A stretch of 64,000 nucleotides of DNA from Scenedesmus sp. PABB004. Lineage: Eukaryota. A model generated the notes under the pieces. That model had not been told where the DNA came from. It did not search any database and worked only from the letters and a program-made list of their open reading frames with translations. Shown here one piece after another: positions 34,129 through 47,020 of this stretch; position 1 is the stretch's first letter; every line of letters starts with the position of its first letter. The DNA is taken from positions 3,658,001 through 3,722,000 of the forward strand of contig CM026547.1 of assembly GCA_014905635.1 (NCBI GenBank), given 5' to 3'. The translations under genes were made by a program, and so were the position numbers.

Positions 34129-35436
34129 GCGCGCGGCGGCCGGATCGGCGCCCCCCGCCGCGCCGCGAGCGCCGGCCGGCGTGCGGGCGCGATGCGCGCG
34201 TGGCGCCGCGCGCGGACGCCCCGGCGCCGGCCGCCGGCGGCGGGGGCGGTGGCCCGGCACGTGCGTCGCCCGGGCGGGATCGGGGGCGCGCCCGTGCCCG
34301 CCCGGGGCGCCCGCGCGGGCGCGGCGCATGTCGGGGCCGCCTCCCGCCGCCGTGGGCCGCCCGCGCCGCGCGTGCGGCCGCCCAGGCGCCGCGCTGACGC
34401 GTCCCGCGCCGCCACGGGCGGCGGCGCAGGCGCCCGGGCCGCCACGCGCGGGGCGCCGCGCGCACGAGACGCGCCACCACCCGCCCGCGCGTCCCGCGGG
34501 CCCCACCTGCCGTCTCCTCGCTGCGCGGGCTGCCGGACGAAGCGGTCATGCCGGGCCGGCGGCGGCGCGCGCCCGGCGCATGCGCGGGCGGGCGTGGGCT
34601 GTGAGCGGCCGGCCTCCTGGCCTGGGGCGGCCCGCGGCGCGCTGGCGGGGCCTGCCGGGGCGTCGCGTCGCGCAAGCTGCGCCGACTGGCGCGCGCGCGG
34701 GCCGGGGCGGCGCTCGCACGCGCAGGCGCGGCGGGCTGTTAAGCAGAGAACCCCGCGCGCGCCCGCCAGCCCGCGCGCCGCGCCGCCACGCGGCCGCGGC
34801 GGCCGCCGGCACCGCGCACGCTCGCGCACAGCGCGCCGGGCGGGCGGCGCCGGCGCCGGCGCGCGGGGGGACCGGGGGTCACCTGACCGCCCCCCGGGCC
34901 CAGCGGCGCCCAGCGCGCGTGCGTGCGTGGCTTCCGGGGTGCTCCACGCACGCGCAGCGGGCAGCGCCTGCGATCTGGCCGGTCGTCGCTGACGCGGCCG
35001 CGCGGACTCTCTTTTGCTTTTGTTGCGACGACCGCGTTCGCGTCCCGCGACCGGCAGGTGCCGCTCACGCAGCGCGCTGGTCGCGGCGCCGCCGCCGCCA
35101 GCCGGCGCCGCCGCGCAGCGGGGCCGCTGCGCGTCGGCCGCTGGCACGCCGGCGCGCGGCGGCACGCCCACACCAGTGAGCACCAGCAGCAGCTCTCACG
35201 CCACGTCACAGACCCGTGGTGCTGCTCGTGCTCGCCGCCGCGACGCCGCCCGGCCGGTGCTGGTGCCAGCCTGGGCGCGCGTGCTGCTCCTGCTGCGTGC
35301 TCTCCCGCCGCGGCGCGCGGGGCACGCCGCCGTCCAGCGTCATCGGAGCCGCGTCCGGCGCCGCCGCTGCGAGCGTGAGCACCTCACCCGGCGCCACGCC
35401 CCGCAGCCCGGGGAACGCCGCTGCGCTGGGGGCGTC
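34129..35436. repeat. Direct segmental duplication, copy 2 (probable source copy)
   Basis: Matches 25679-26984. Here it is continuous with the terminal coding exon of the MBL-fold gene. Confidence 0.95.
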
Positions 35437-36475
35437 GCAAGCAGCGCCGTAGCCGTACACGCACAGTTGTGCGCCGCCAAACAGCCCCGACGCGGCTGCG
35501 GCGGAGCGGGCAGGGCGCGCGGGGCGCCCCGCGGCGGCGCGTCATCAGCATGCACGCGCACACGCCCGGGGCGGCACAGCGGCGGCAGCGGAGCGCGGCG
35601 CCGCGCGCGCGCGCGCTGCCGGCGTCGTCCGGCGCACCCACCTGCTGCCGCGAGCTGCGCAAATCCGGCGTGCTCCGAGCTCGCCCCGGGTCGGCCGTCA
35701 AGCAGCAGCAGCGGCGCGGCGGCCAGGGACGCATAGAGCCTCGCGTCGTAGCCGCTGTCGCCCGACCACCCCAGCACGGGCGCGCCGCGCCAGAACAGCA
35801 GCAGGCCGAAGCAGCGCTCCGCGTGCCGCGCGCGCAGCGGCAGCAGGCCGAGGCCGCCCCCCAGGTCGTGCAGCTGCCCCGCCGCGCAGGGCGTGAGCGC
35901 GGCAAAGGCGTCGAGCGGCCGGCCTGCGCGCGGCGGCGGCGGCGAGGTGCGCGCGTGCGGCGGCGTGCGCGCGCGCGGCGGCCGCAGAGCGCGCGCCGCG
36001 CCTGTGCTCGCCAGCTCGGCGAGGCGGTGTGTCGTGAGCGTCCGCAGCACGCCCGGCTCGGCCAGGACCTTGAGGCGCCGGCCCCGCTGGCTCTCGACCG
36101 CGAGTACAACAGGGAGCTCGCCGGCGTGGTCTGTGTGGTTGTGGCTGACATAGATGGCAGGCGCGACCTCGGCGGCGCCCGTCGCCCGCGTCGCACGCGT
36201 CGCGCCCAGGCCCTGCGGCACGTGCCGCGGCGCGGTCGGCGCGTGCCGCGGCGCGTGCGGCGCGTCGGCCGCGGCGGCAGCGCCGCAGCGGCGCCGCTGG
36301 CGGCTGCGCAGCTGCCCCTGCCGTGGCGAGGCTGGCGCACCAGGTCGAGCTGGAGCAGCGGGCGCCCCCCGTGGAGCAGCAGGAACGCGCTGGAGCAGCT
36401 CGCGCCGCCGCTGCCGTCGCCGTAGACTGCGGTCGCCCCTGCTCCCACGCCGAGAACCACCAGCTCCAGTGCCAT
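35206..36475 (-). CDS. Metallo-beta-lactamase-fold hydrolase (RNase Z/phosphodiesterase-like), about 4 exons
   Basis: LVVLGVGAG, LQLDL|GLG, YVSHNHTDHAGEL (HxHxDH), ARHAERCFG, GWSGDSG, SSEHA. The 3' end is inferred. Confidence 0.8.
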
Positions 36476-36845
36476 GGTGCCGACCCTGCTCTGTGTCCTG
36501 TGCGGCGAGGGCTGCGCCTGGTGCTCGCGGGCGAGGGGCGCGGCGGCGTTCTTTCGTCGCGACGCGACGACGTTGCTTTGGGGGCTTCCTCAGCCGTGTC
36601 AGCTGCGTGGAGCGTGCGCCGTCCTGCTCGGGCCCCAGCGACAGGCACGCACCCGGCACGCCTGGCGCCGCGCAGCCGGGCCCACGCGCGCCGCCGCTGC
36701 CCGCGGCCGGATGCGCGTGGCCGGCCAGGCCGTGCTCCGCCGGCCGCACACCACCGGCCAGCACAGCGCTGCACCTGCCTGCGCGCTGCTCCGGCGCGAG
36801 CGCCGCCCGGCGCTTGCGCGTGCGGCGGCTCAGTCGTCGGCGCCG

Positions 36846-39800
36846 ATGGCGGAGGTCGTCAAGCCGCGCTGCGACCGCCGCGCGTTCGCGCACGCCGTAC
36901 TCGCCAACGGCGTGCGCGTCCTGGCGATCAGCGACGTGGACGCACAGCACGCGGCCGCGTGCGCCAACGTGCAGGTCGGTCGGCCGCCGCGCGCAGCGCG
37001 CGCCCGCCCGCGCCGCCGCCGCGCCGCGCGAGCCGCCGCGCCGCGCGAGCCGCCCCGCCCGCGCCGCGCCGCGCAGGCCGGCTACTTTGACGACCCGCCC
37101 GACCTCCCCGGCGCGGCGCACTTCCTGGAGCACGTCGTGCACCTCGGCAGCGCGGCCTTCCCCGACGAGCGCGAGTACAAGGCCTTCCTCGCGCAGCACG
37201 GCGGCAGCAGCAACGCGTCCACGTCCATGGTCCACACGCGCTACCACTTCCGCGTCCACGCGTCCGCGCTGCCGGGCGCGCTCGACCGCCTCGGCGCGGC
37301 GCTCGCGGCGCCGCTGATCGCGGGCGAGAGCGTGGCGCGCGAGGTCGAGAACGTGCACGCCGAGTTCAGCCGCAACACCAACAGTGACAGCCGCAAGCTG
37401 CTCCAGCTGCGCCGCGGCCTGTGCGCGCCGCCCTACTCGAGCTTTTCCACCGGCAACCTCGACACGCTGCGCACGCAGCCGGCGGCGCGCGGCGCCGACG
37501 TGCCGGCCGCGCTGCGCGCGCTCTGGGCGCGGGGCTACTCCTCGCATCACACCTGCCTCGCGCTCGTGGGGCCGCAGCCGTGCGAGCAGCTGCTCGCGTG
37601 GGCGGGCGACGCGTTCGGCGGCATGGCCGGCGCCGGCGGCGCGGCGGGCGGGGCTGGCGCGGGCGGCGCCGACGCGGCGCCACTGTCGCCCCGCTACCCA
37701 TCGGACGCGACAGACCCGGACGCTGGCGGGGCGCTCGTGCTCGTGCGCCCGCAGCGCGAGCTGCGCGAGCTGGAGCTGACCTGGTACGTCCCGGCGGGCG
37801 TGATGGCGCACAGCGCGTGCAAGCCCTGGGCCTGGGCGGCGCACCTGCTGGGGCACGAGGGCCCGGGCAGCGTCGCGCACCTGCTCAAGGCGCAGGTGCG
37901 CCCGGCGCGCGCGGCCACGGGCGGCGGGCCCACGCGCGGGGGCGGGGGCGCAGCACTGCGCGGCAGCGCCGCCGCGCACGAGCCCGCCGCCCGCGCACGC
38001 GCGCAGGGGCTGGTGCAATCGCTGGAGGCGGGCATGGGTGACGAGGTGCGCCTCGGGCGGGGCTGGATGTTCTGGCGCGTCCGCGTTGCCCTCACCGCGG
38101 TGGGGGAGGAGGACGCCGCGGTGCAGCACGTGGTCGCCAGCGTGCTGCGCGGCGTCGCGGTGAGCGCGGCGCGCCGTGCCGGGAACGCGCGTGGCCGCGT
38201 GCGCCGGCGGCGCGGGCGCAAAGGGCGAGCGCCGCCCCTCCGACGCCGCCGCGCGGCCGCCGCCGCCGCACGCGCGCCGCAGATGCTCCAGCGATGCAGC
38301 GACGCGCAGCTTGCGCAGACGTGGCACGAGGCGGCGGAGCTGGCGGCGCTGCGGTTTGACTGGCGCGAGGCCGCGGAGCCGCTGCCGGCGGCGCAGGCGG
38401 CTGCGTATGCGTTGCACTACTACGACCCCGCGGCGGCGCTGAGCGGCCCCGCGCTGATGACGCGCTTTGACGCGCCCGCGCTGCGCTGGTTCGCGGCGCA
38501 GCTCGCGCCCGCGCGGATGACCGCGTTCTGGAGCAGCCGCCGCCACGCGCGCGGGCCCGGCTGGGCGCGCGAGCGCTGGTACGGCGCGGAGCACGCAGTG
38601 CAGCCGCTGCCGGCGGCGTGGCTCGAGGCGGCCGAGCGCTACGCCGCCGCCGACGCCGGCGGCGGCACCGAGGACCAGCCGGCGGGCGCGTGGGCCGCGG
38701 CGCCGGGCGAGCTTCGCCTGCCTGAGCCCAATTGGGCGCTGCCGCAGGACCTGGAGCTGCGCGCGGCGCCGGCAGGCGCCGGCGCGGCGCCGGGCCGGCC
38801 GGCCGCGTCGTACGACGGCGCGACGCCGCCGCCGCAGCTGCTGGTGCAGCGGCCGGGGCTGTGCGCGTGGCACGCGCCCGACGCCAGCTACGGCGTCCCC
38901 AAGGTGCACCTGCGCCTGCACGCCGCCACGCCCGCGGTCTACTCCTCGCCCGAGGCCGCCGTGGCCGCGCGGCTGCTCGTGCGGGTGCTGGAGGATGTGC
39001 TGCTGCCGGCCACATACCCCGCCGAGCTGGCGGGCAGCGAGTACAGCCTCTCTGTGGAGCAGGGCGGCCTCACCCTCAAGGTCACAGGCTTCCTGGGTGT
39101 CGCGCAGCGCCTGCTGGGCATGGTGCTGGACGGCCTCGCCGGTGCGTGCTCGCGGCCGCGCGCAGGGGATGCGCGCGGGCGTGGCGCCCGGCGCCGGCGC
39201 TCCTGCCCTGCCCGCGCTGACCGCGCGCGCCGCCGCCGCCGCTGCCAGACCTCACGGTGGCGCAGGTCGAGGAGAGGTTTGGGACCATGGCGGGCCGCCT
39301 CACGCAGGCCCTGACCAATTGGTCGAACAACAACCCCAGCAGCCACGCCGAGTATGCTGCGCACCACCTCCTCCAGCCGCGCCACCACCACAACGCGCAG
39401 CTGCTCGCCGCGGCGGCGGCCGCCACGCCCGCCCAGCTGCTGGCGCTGCGCGCGCAGCTCGTCGGCGGCGCGCCGCTGCACGTCGACCTGCTCGCCGCCG
39501 GCAACATCAGCGCGGCAGAGGCGGCCGAGGTCGCGGCCGGCGTGCAGGCGCGGCTGGCGCCGCGGGGGCTGCCCCCGGGCGCGTGGCCGCCCGCCGGCGG
39601 CGTGCTGAGCCTGGGCGGTGCCCCCGCGCTGTTTGCGCACCTGCCGGCCAACCCGAATCCCGCAAACGGCAACCACGCGCTGCACTACCTGGTGCAGCTC
39701 GGCGGCGACGACGCGGCGGCCTGCGCGCTGCTGGACCTGTTCGTGCAAGTTTCGGCCAAGCCGTGCTTCCACGAGCTGCGGACGCGGCAGCGCCTCGGCT

Positions 39801-40354
39801 ACAGCGTTGCGCTGACCAGCGCGTTGCTGCACCGCCAGCTAGGGCTCGTGCTGCGCGTCCAGTCGCCGGCGACGCCGCCCGACGCGCTCGCGTCCGCGGC
39901 GCGCGCCTGGCTGGGCGGGTTCCGGCCCGAGCTCGCCGCCGCGGCGGCGGGCGCCCTGCTGGACGCGCACAAGCAGGCGCTGCGTGACAAGTACCTGGAG
40001 CCGCCCAAGACTCTCGCCGAGGCGGCGCGCCGCACGTGGGGCCCGATCGCGGCGCGCCACCTCGACTGGGCGCGGCGGCGGGCCAAGGCCGCCGCGGTCG
40101 CGGCGCTGACGGCGGAGGACCTGCTGGCGTTTTATGACGACGTGCTGCACCCCGATGCGCCGCGGCACGCGGCGCTGAGCGTCCAGCTCTGGGGCGGCGC
40201 GGGCGGCGGCGAGGCGGCCGTCGACGCGGCGGCGGCGGCGGGCGCAGCCGTGGTGCTGCCGGAGCAGGTCGCCGAGTTCAGGGCGGACCGGGGCCTGCTG
40301 CCCGCCGCAGAGGTGGTGCTGCCGCCGGCCGCCCCCGGCGCGGCGGCGCTGTGA
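36846..40354 (+). CDS. M16A zinc metallopeptidase (insulin-degrading enzyme-like), 5 exons
   Basis: LANGVRVLAISD, GAAHFLEHVVHLGS (inverted HxxEH), HGGSSNAST, REVENVHAEF, FSTGNLDTL, LLGHEGPGS, FHELRTRQRLGYSV. Confidence 0.93.
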
Positions 40355-40552
40355 CCGCGGGTGTCAGATGACGTGGGGAGGGCGCGGGGTTTTTGCGCCG
40401 TGACGTGCGGCCGCGCTCGCTCCCTGCGTGCGCTGGGGGCAGGCGGCAACCATTCCTCTGCAGCATCGCAGCACGTCTCCCCCCGCCCCGCCGCCCGCGC
40501 CGAGCCAGCAGCAGCAGCAGCGCCGGGCGCGGCAGCGCCGCCGCCGCGCGAC

Positions 40553-42229
40553 ATGAGGAACGCGCTGCACAGCCTGTACAAGCAGACCGCGGAGAAGGTG
40601 CTGCCGCCGCGGTCGCAGTCGGCGTTCGAGGACAAGCGGGTGCGGCGCGGGCGGGGGAGAGCGGCATGCGCCGTTTGCTGCCCCGCCGCGCGCCGCCGCG
40701 GCGCCGCGGCGCCGCCTCACGGCCGCCTGCGGTGCCGCAGGTGCTCACTCCCGCGGAGTTCGTCGCGGCCGGCGACTACCTCGTCCGGGCGTGCCCGACC
40801 TGGTCCTGGTGCGCCGCGCCGCCCGGCGGGTCTGCGGCGCGCTCCCCGCGGCCGCGCCGCCGATCGCTGGCGCCTCCCCGCGCCTGCCGCAGGGAGACCG
40901 GCGACCCCGCGAAGGCGCGCAGCTTCTTCCCCATCGGCAAGCAGTTCCTGGTCACCCGGCGCGGTGCGGTTGCGCAACCGCCGCTGCAGCTGTGCCAAGC
41001 CCGGCGCGCGGCGCCGCCGACGCGCGCGACGGGGCGCGCGCCTCTCCCTCACCGCCGGCGCCGCCGCGCGCGCGCAGTGCCGTGCCTGAGCCGCGCCGCG
41101 GAGCTCGAGCGTTACGACCCCGGGAGCGAGTTTGCGCTCGCCGGCGACGACGACGGCTGGGTCGCGACGCACCAGGACCCCCAGGCCGACGCCGCCGCCG
41201 CCGGCGCGCGGGAGGAGCTGCCAGACCTGGACGAGCGCGACGACGCGCCCAGCGCCAGCCACGCAGGCGCGCCGCGGCGGGCGCGCAGCGGCGGGGGCGA
41301 GCGGCGGCGAGTGGCGGACGCGCGCACACACGGCCGGCGTCGCCCGCAGGCACGCGCGGCGACGACGAGGTGCCTGACATCTCTGAGCTGGAGCTGGCGG
41401 ATCCAGACGACGAGGTGCGCGCGGGCCAGCCCGGCGGCCGCGGGCGCGGCCGGCCGCCGCCCGCGCCGCGCGCGGGCGCCCACACCCGCGCGCGCGCCCG
41501 CGCAGGCCGCGCTGCCCCCCGGCGGCGCCGCGGCGGACGACGACGAGGCCGCCGCGCCGCCGGGGGCGGCCATCCGGCGCACGCGCACGTACGACCTGTA
41601 CATAACGTATGACCAGTACTACCAGGTCCCGCGCTTCTGGCTCGTCGGCTTTGACGAGGCGCAGCAGCCGCTGCGCCCCGAGCAGGCGCGCCCCGCGGCG
41701 CCGCCGCTCCAGCGCGCCAGCTTGCCGATGCGCCGGCGCTCTGCGCGGCTGTGTGCCCGACCGTGACCGCGCCCGCGCCGGGCTGCGGGCGTGCGGTGCG
41801 GCACAGGTGCTGGAGGACGTGTCTGAGGAGCACGCGCGCAAGACGATCACGCTCGACCCGCACCCCCACCTCGGCGTGAACGCCGCGTCCATCCACCCCT
41901 GCCGCCACGCCGAGGTCATGAAGAAGCTCGCCGACAACCTCGCCGCGGGCGGGCAGGCGTTCAAGCTGGAGCAGTGCGCGCGCCCCGCGCCACGCCCGGC
42001 CGCTGCCGCCGCGCCGCGCCGCGTCGCGCACACGCACCCCCCCCCCAACACACACACACACACACGCACACACGCACGCTCTCTCTCACACGCGCCAACA
42101 CGCACGCGGCGCGCGCGCCATGGCCGCGCGGCGCCGCCCAGGTACCTGGTGCTGTTCCTGAAGTTCATCGCCTCCGTGGTGCCGACCATCACGTACGACT
42201 ACACCATGTCCGTCGGCGGCGGCGAGTGA
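40553..42229 (+). CDS. ATG3: Autophagy E2-like enzyme ATG3, multi-exon
   Basis: [59 protein letters not shown] (catalytic Cys), [21 protein letters not shown]. Confidence 0.96.
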
Positions 42230-42444
42230 GGCGCGGCCGCGGGCGAGCGGGCGCGCTGCTCGCGTCGCGGCGGCAGCGGCGGCCGCCGCCGTATCTCGCG
42301 CGTGCGGCGTTGCAGCGGCGCCGCCGGTGGCCGCCGCATGTACAACAAGCAAGGGCTGGGCGGGCGGGGGTATTCCAGGCAACGCACACACGCGCGCGCT
42401 TGTCTCAGCGCGCGCCCCGCGCCCGCCACGCCGCCGCCGCGCGC

Positions 42445-44755
42445 TCACGCCAGCGCCGCCGCGCCCGCGGCCAGCGCCGCCGCGCCCGCGGCCAGCGCCG
42501 CCCAGCCGCCGCGCGGGCGCGCCGCGGCGCCGGCGCCGCTGGGGCTCGCCGCGCGCACGACGCGCGTGCCGCCGGTGGCACCGGTTCCGGCCTCGAGCAC
42601 GGCGCCGGCGCCGCCATAGTCGCCCAGGTCGACCGCCGCGGCTGAGCTCTGCGGCGCCTTGGTGAGCCGGTAGCCCCACGTCCCGTACGCGGCCTCCATA
42701 GTGCGGTTGACGGCGCAGACGTCCTCCAGCATCACCGTCAGCGTGTGGTTCTTCGCGTCGCCGAGCACGAGGCTGACCGGCGGGCGGCACGTAAAGTCGG
42801 CGTCGTTGTAGTAGCGCAGGCCGTCCAGGAAGCAGAGCTGCGCGGCGCGGCGCGGCCGGCGGCGGCGGCGGCTTGCGCGCGGGCCCGGGCCCGCGCTGGG
42901 CGCGCGGGTCCCCCAGCAGCGCGCGCGCGCAGAGAGGCGCGCGCGCCTGGCGGCCGAAGCCGTCCCAGGCCCAGGAAAATGAGAGCTCGCTGCCGACTGG
43001 GATGGCATCAAAGTCGGGGCCCTCGAGCGACACAAAGCGCGTCGGCGCCGACTGGACGCCCGCCTGCCGGGGGCCGCCGGTGGCGGCGCAGCGGCGCCGG
43101 CGGGGGTCGCCTCCGCGGCCAGCCCACGGGCTGGCCAGCCCACGGCGGCTGCTCGCGGCCGCGCTGCGCGCGCTGCTCGCCCCGCGTGCCCGCCCGCACC
43201 AGCTTGCCAGAGGGCCAGTGGTTGGTGGGCAAGAATTTGAGCTGGCCGCGGACCTCTTCGGGCGCGTCCTCCTCTGTGTAGCGGTCAATGCCGGCGACCC
43301 CCAGCGAGATGAGGCTCGGGTGCGCGGTCGCCAGCCCCGAGCTCAGCCGCACGTTCCACCAGCCGTCGGGCAGGTCCGAGGGGGGCGTGATGACGAGCGG
43401 CCGCGCCGCCTGCGCCGCCGAGTCGAGCACGACCCACTGATCCAGCCGCGGCGGCTCGCCCTCGGGCCACGCCCCGCTCGCCGTGCGGTTGAGGTCGCTC
43501 ACGAGGTGGAAGACGATGCGGTAGAGAGGCTCAGACGCGCCCGGGTAGAGTGGCACGGGCGCGGGGCCCATGCCGGTGACGTTGATGGTCACTGCGCGGC
43601 ACGCGCGTGCGAGCGGGCGTCGGCGGCGGTGCGCGGTGCGGGCAAGGGCGCGGGGCGTGGCGTGGCGAGCGGCACGCACGTGGGTCGCCGCACGACCGGA
43701 ACACGATGTCAGCGCTCGCCGAGACGGCGTCCAGCTGCAGGAAGCACACCTGCATGCAGCAGCGCGCGCGGGCGCTCGGCGCGCGCGCGCGCGCGCGAGC
43801 GCGCGAGCGCAGGTTGCGGCCGCTGCGGCGTGGCGCGGCGCGCGGCGCGCCTGCGTGGTGGCCCAGAGGTCTGTCGCCGGCGCCGCGGTCGTGCCGACGA
43901 GCCCGCTGAACGCCACGATCGTGAGTTTGATGCTCAGGCAGTAGTAGCCCTGCGCGCAGCGCCGGCAGCGGCGGCTCGGCGGACCAGGCCAGCCAGGCCG
44001 GCCGCCAGGCCAGCACATGAACACACAGAACTCCCGGCCTGCCCCAACCTCACGTCTGGCAAGCCTGCGAGCTCGGTCAGGTTGATGGCGGGCGCCGGCA
44101 CGGCGCTCTTGAACTCGCCGAGCTCGGTGACGGGGCCGGTCCGGTTGAGCGAGTAGCTGATGCGGAAGCGCGCCGGCGACGTCACGACCGCCGCGCCCTG
44201 CAGGCGCCGCGACGCGGTCGACGCGCCCTCCCCCGCGGCGGTCGCGGCGATCGCGGCGTCGGCCCTGGCTGCGGCGGCGCCCAGGCCTTGGCAGGCGCGC
44301 GACGGGCTCGCGCCGAGCGTGAGCAGGTCGTGCACGGGGGCCAGCTGCAGCCGCGGCGCTGTGGCGTTGGCGTCGATGCCAGGCAGGTTGCGCGTGGACG
44401 TGAGCGCGATGGTCCACAGCGCGTCGGACCGCGTGTTGCCGGCCTCCTGCTGCGCCGTGCGCGTCCAAGCCGCCGGCAGGCTGCCGTCGGGCGCGGCGCC
44501 GGGGAAGAAGTTGAAGCCCGGCGGGCAGACGCTGCCGGTTGCCTGCGCCGACGCGAGCGCGGCGGCACCTGCGCGGCGCGCAGGTCGCGGTGCGTCGGCG
44601 AGCAGCGGCGGCGGCCGGCCGTCGCCGGGCGCCCCGCTGAGCTCAGGAGCGCTTTTCCGTCGGCTGACGGAGCTGGAGGGCTCGAAGCCCTGCCCGGACG
44701 AGCCGTGCTTCGCACCCGCGAGCAGGAGCGCGGCGAGCAGCGCGCTGGCCGCCAT
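42445..44755 (-). CDS. Hypothetical secreted, probably GPI-anchored protein, multi-exon
   Basis: Signal-peptide-like MAASALLAALLLAG|AAALASAQ, several protein-like exons (e.g. LYRIVFHLVSDLNRT, SDLPDGWWNVRL, NHTLTVMLEDVC), and a terminal hydrophobic tail SPSGAGAAARPRGGWAALAAGAAALAAGAAALA. Confidence 0.7.
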
Positions 44756-44981
44756 CGCGCCGCGGCCGCCTGGCCGCCTGACCGCGGAGGGCTGCTCGGT
44801 ATGGCGCGTGAAAGCCGCGTCGCTGGGTCGGCTGGCGTCCGCGCGCCGCTGCGGGAGGCGCGCGCGCGGCGGCGGTCGGCGGGGGTGCAGCGGGGCGGGG
44901 CGAGCTCCGCTGGTGCGCTCGAGCGAGTTGGCGGACTGCTTGACGAGCTGGAGCGGTCGGGCAGAAGCCGAGCCGGCGCGG

Positions 44982-46753
44982 TCACACCCGCTCGGCCGCT
45001 CCGCTCGCCTGCTCGCCGCCCGCCGCCGCCTCTGCCCCCGCCGCGGCTGCCGCGGCCGTGAGGTTGTTGTACAGCGCCGCAAACTGCTGCACGTCCAGCT
45101 CCTGCGCGCGCGCGTCGGGCCGCACGCCCGCCGCGACGAGTGCCGCCTCGACCGCGGCCGCGCTGTGCAGCGACTGCAGCGTGTTGCGCAGCATCTTGCG
45201 CCGCTCCGAGAAGCCCTTGTTCACCTGGCGGCAGCGGCGGCAGCGGCCTGGGCTCGGCAACGGGCGCGCCGGGGGCGCCCCCTGCCACACCCCCTGCTGT
45301 GAGGCCCGCCGGCCGCGCCGCCGCCGGCGCCGCAGCCGCTGCGACTGCCGCGCACCAGGGCCACGAAGCCGCGCTCGTTCGCGACCGGCACGCGCCGCGC
45401 GGGCGGCAGCAGCTTGAACGTAACGAGCGCGCCGTCCACGCCCGGCACCGGAAAGTACTTCTCCTTGGGGATCCTGCAAGCCCACCCGCGCGCAGGCGCG
45501 CCGCCGGCGGCGTCGGCGTCGGCGTCGGCGCGGGGCCCACCACGCGCCGGCCGTCAGCAGCGGCGGCGCTGCGCGTGCGCGTGCGCGTGCGCGGGCGCTG
45601 CGCGTGCGCGTGCGCGTGCGCGCGCGTGTGCCGTGCCTGAAGCGGTAGAGCGGCCTGCTGTAAAAGTGGGTGAGCACGCTCATCGCCCGGTAGTCGGGCC
45701 GCCCCGGCGTCGCGTCGCAGAGGCGCTCCGCGACCTCCTGCTGGATCATGACGCTCAGCTCGCCCACCGTGCTGCCCTGGGGCAGCAGCGCGAGCAGGAA
45801 GTCCTTGGTGATGTTGTACGGCAGGTTGGCGACGACCTTGACGCCGCCGCCGGCGCCGCGGCGCCGCTGCTGCTGCTGCGGCGGCGGCGGCGGCGCGCCG
45901 ACGCCGTCGGCGCCAGCGGGCGCGTCGGGCGCGCGCGCCGGCGCGGCCGCGGCCATGCTGGCGACGAGCGCCGCGAGGTCCAGCCGCATCACGTCGCCGT
46001 GCACGAGCTGCAGGTTGGGCGCCTGGAGCGGGCGGCGGGCGGCGGCGGCGCGGCCAGTCGGCGCGCGCAGCGCTCGGCACGCGCCGGGCGCCGCGGGCAC
46101 CGCGCACACCCCCCGGCGCGTGGCGCCGCGCACCGCCGCAAACTCCTCTCGCAGGCGCTCAACCAGCGTGTCGTCCTTCTCGACCGCGACGACGCGGCCG
46201 GCGGCGGCGAGCAGGTGGCGCGTGAGGTTGCCCGTGCCGGGGCCGACCTCGATCACCGCGTCGCCCGCGCCCACGCGCGCCGCGGTCACGATGTCCGACA
46301 GCACGGCGTCGTCGGTGCAGAAGTTCTGGCCCAGCGACCTGGCGGCCATGGCGGCGGGCGGCGGCGGCGGCGGGCGGCGGCGGCGGCGGCGGCGGCGGGC
46401 GGTGGCGGCGGCGGCACGCCGCGCAGCTGCAGCTACGGCGGCGACAGCGACGGCCGCAGCGGCCTCGCTACGCCGCCTCACTTCTTGGCCTTGATGTTGG
46501 CCGCCTTGAGGCTGGCCTGGGTGGCAGCGGCGCCGCCCTTGCCCGCCTCCCACATCCAGCCCTGCTCCGGCACGGCGAAGTCCTCCTGAATCACCGGCGG
46601 CACCACCACGCGCGCGCGGCGCTCCTGGGGCCGCCCCGAGCCGCGGCGTGGCGGCCTGGCTGCTGCGCATGCGAGCGAGGCCCGCCCCGCCGCCAGCTGC
46701 GCGGGCCAGGCGCGCGGGCCCGGCGGGGAGATGCTGTCAGCGCGCAGCCTCAT
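44982..46753 (-). CDS. ksgA: Organellar 16S rRNA adenine dimethyltransferase (KsgA/PFC1-like)
   Basis: KAKK|SLGQNF, VIEVGPGTGNLT, VAVEKD, KVVANLPYNIT, MIQQEVAERL, FSERRKMLRNTL. Transit-peptide-like N-terminus. Confidence 0.92.
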
Positions 46754-47015
46754 GGCGCCTGGCGGGCGGGGCTGCGGCGGCGCGTGCGGCGCGGGGCGCG
46801 GGCGGCTGCCGCCGCTGCTGCCGCGGGCGGCGGAGCGGTGGCCGTGCGCGCAGAAGGGGCGTGAGGTGGCGAGGAAGTGCGTGTGGTGGCAGCCGCATGG
46901 CGAGGGCCGGCAAACACGCCGCACACGACGCGGCTCGCGCAGGGCTGAGCCCTGCGCCAAGAAGCGCGCCTGACGGTCACCGGCGGGGCGTCGTCGTCGC
47001 TTGCGCGCATGGCTT

Positions 47016-47020
47016 TTACA
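47016..47020 (-). promoter_or_regulatory. Candidate TGTAA poly(A) signal of GH9 copy A
   Basis: TTACA on + strand, about 600 nt downstream of the stop at 47618. Confidence 0.45.
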
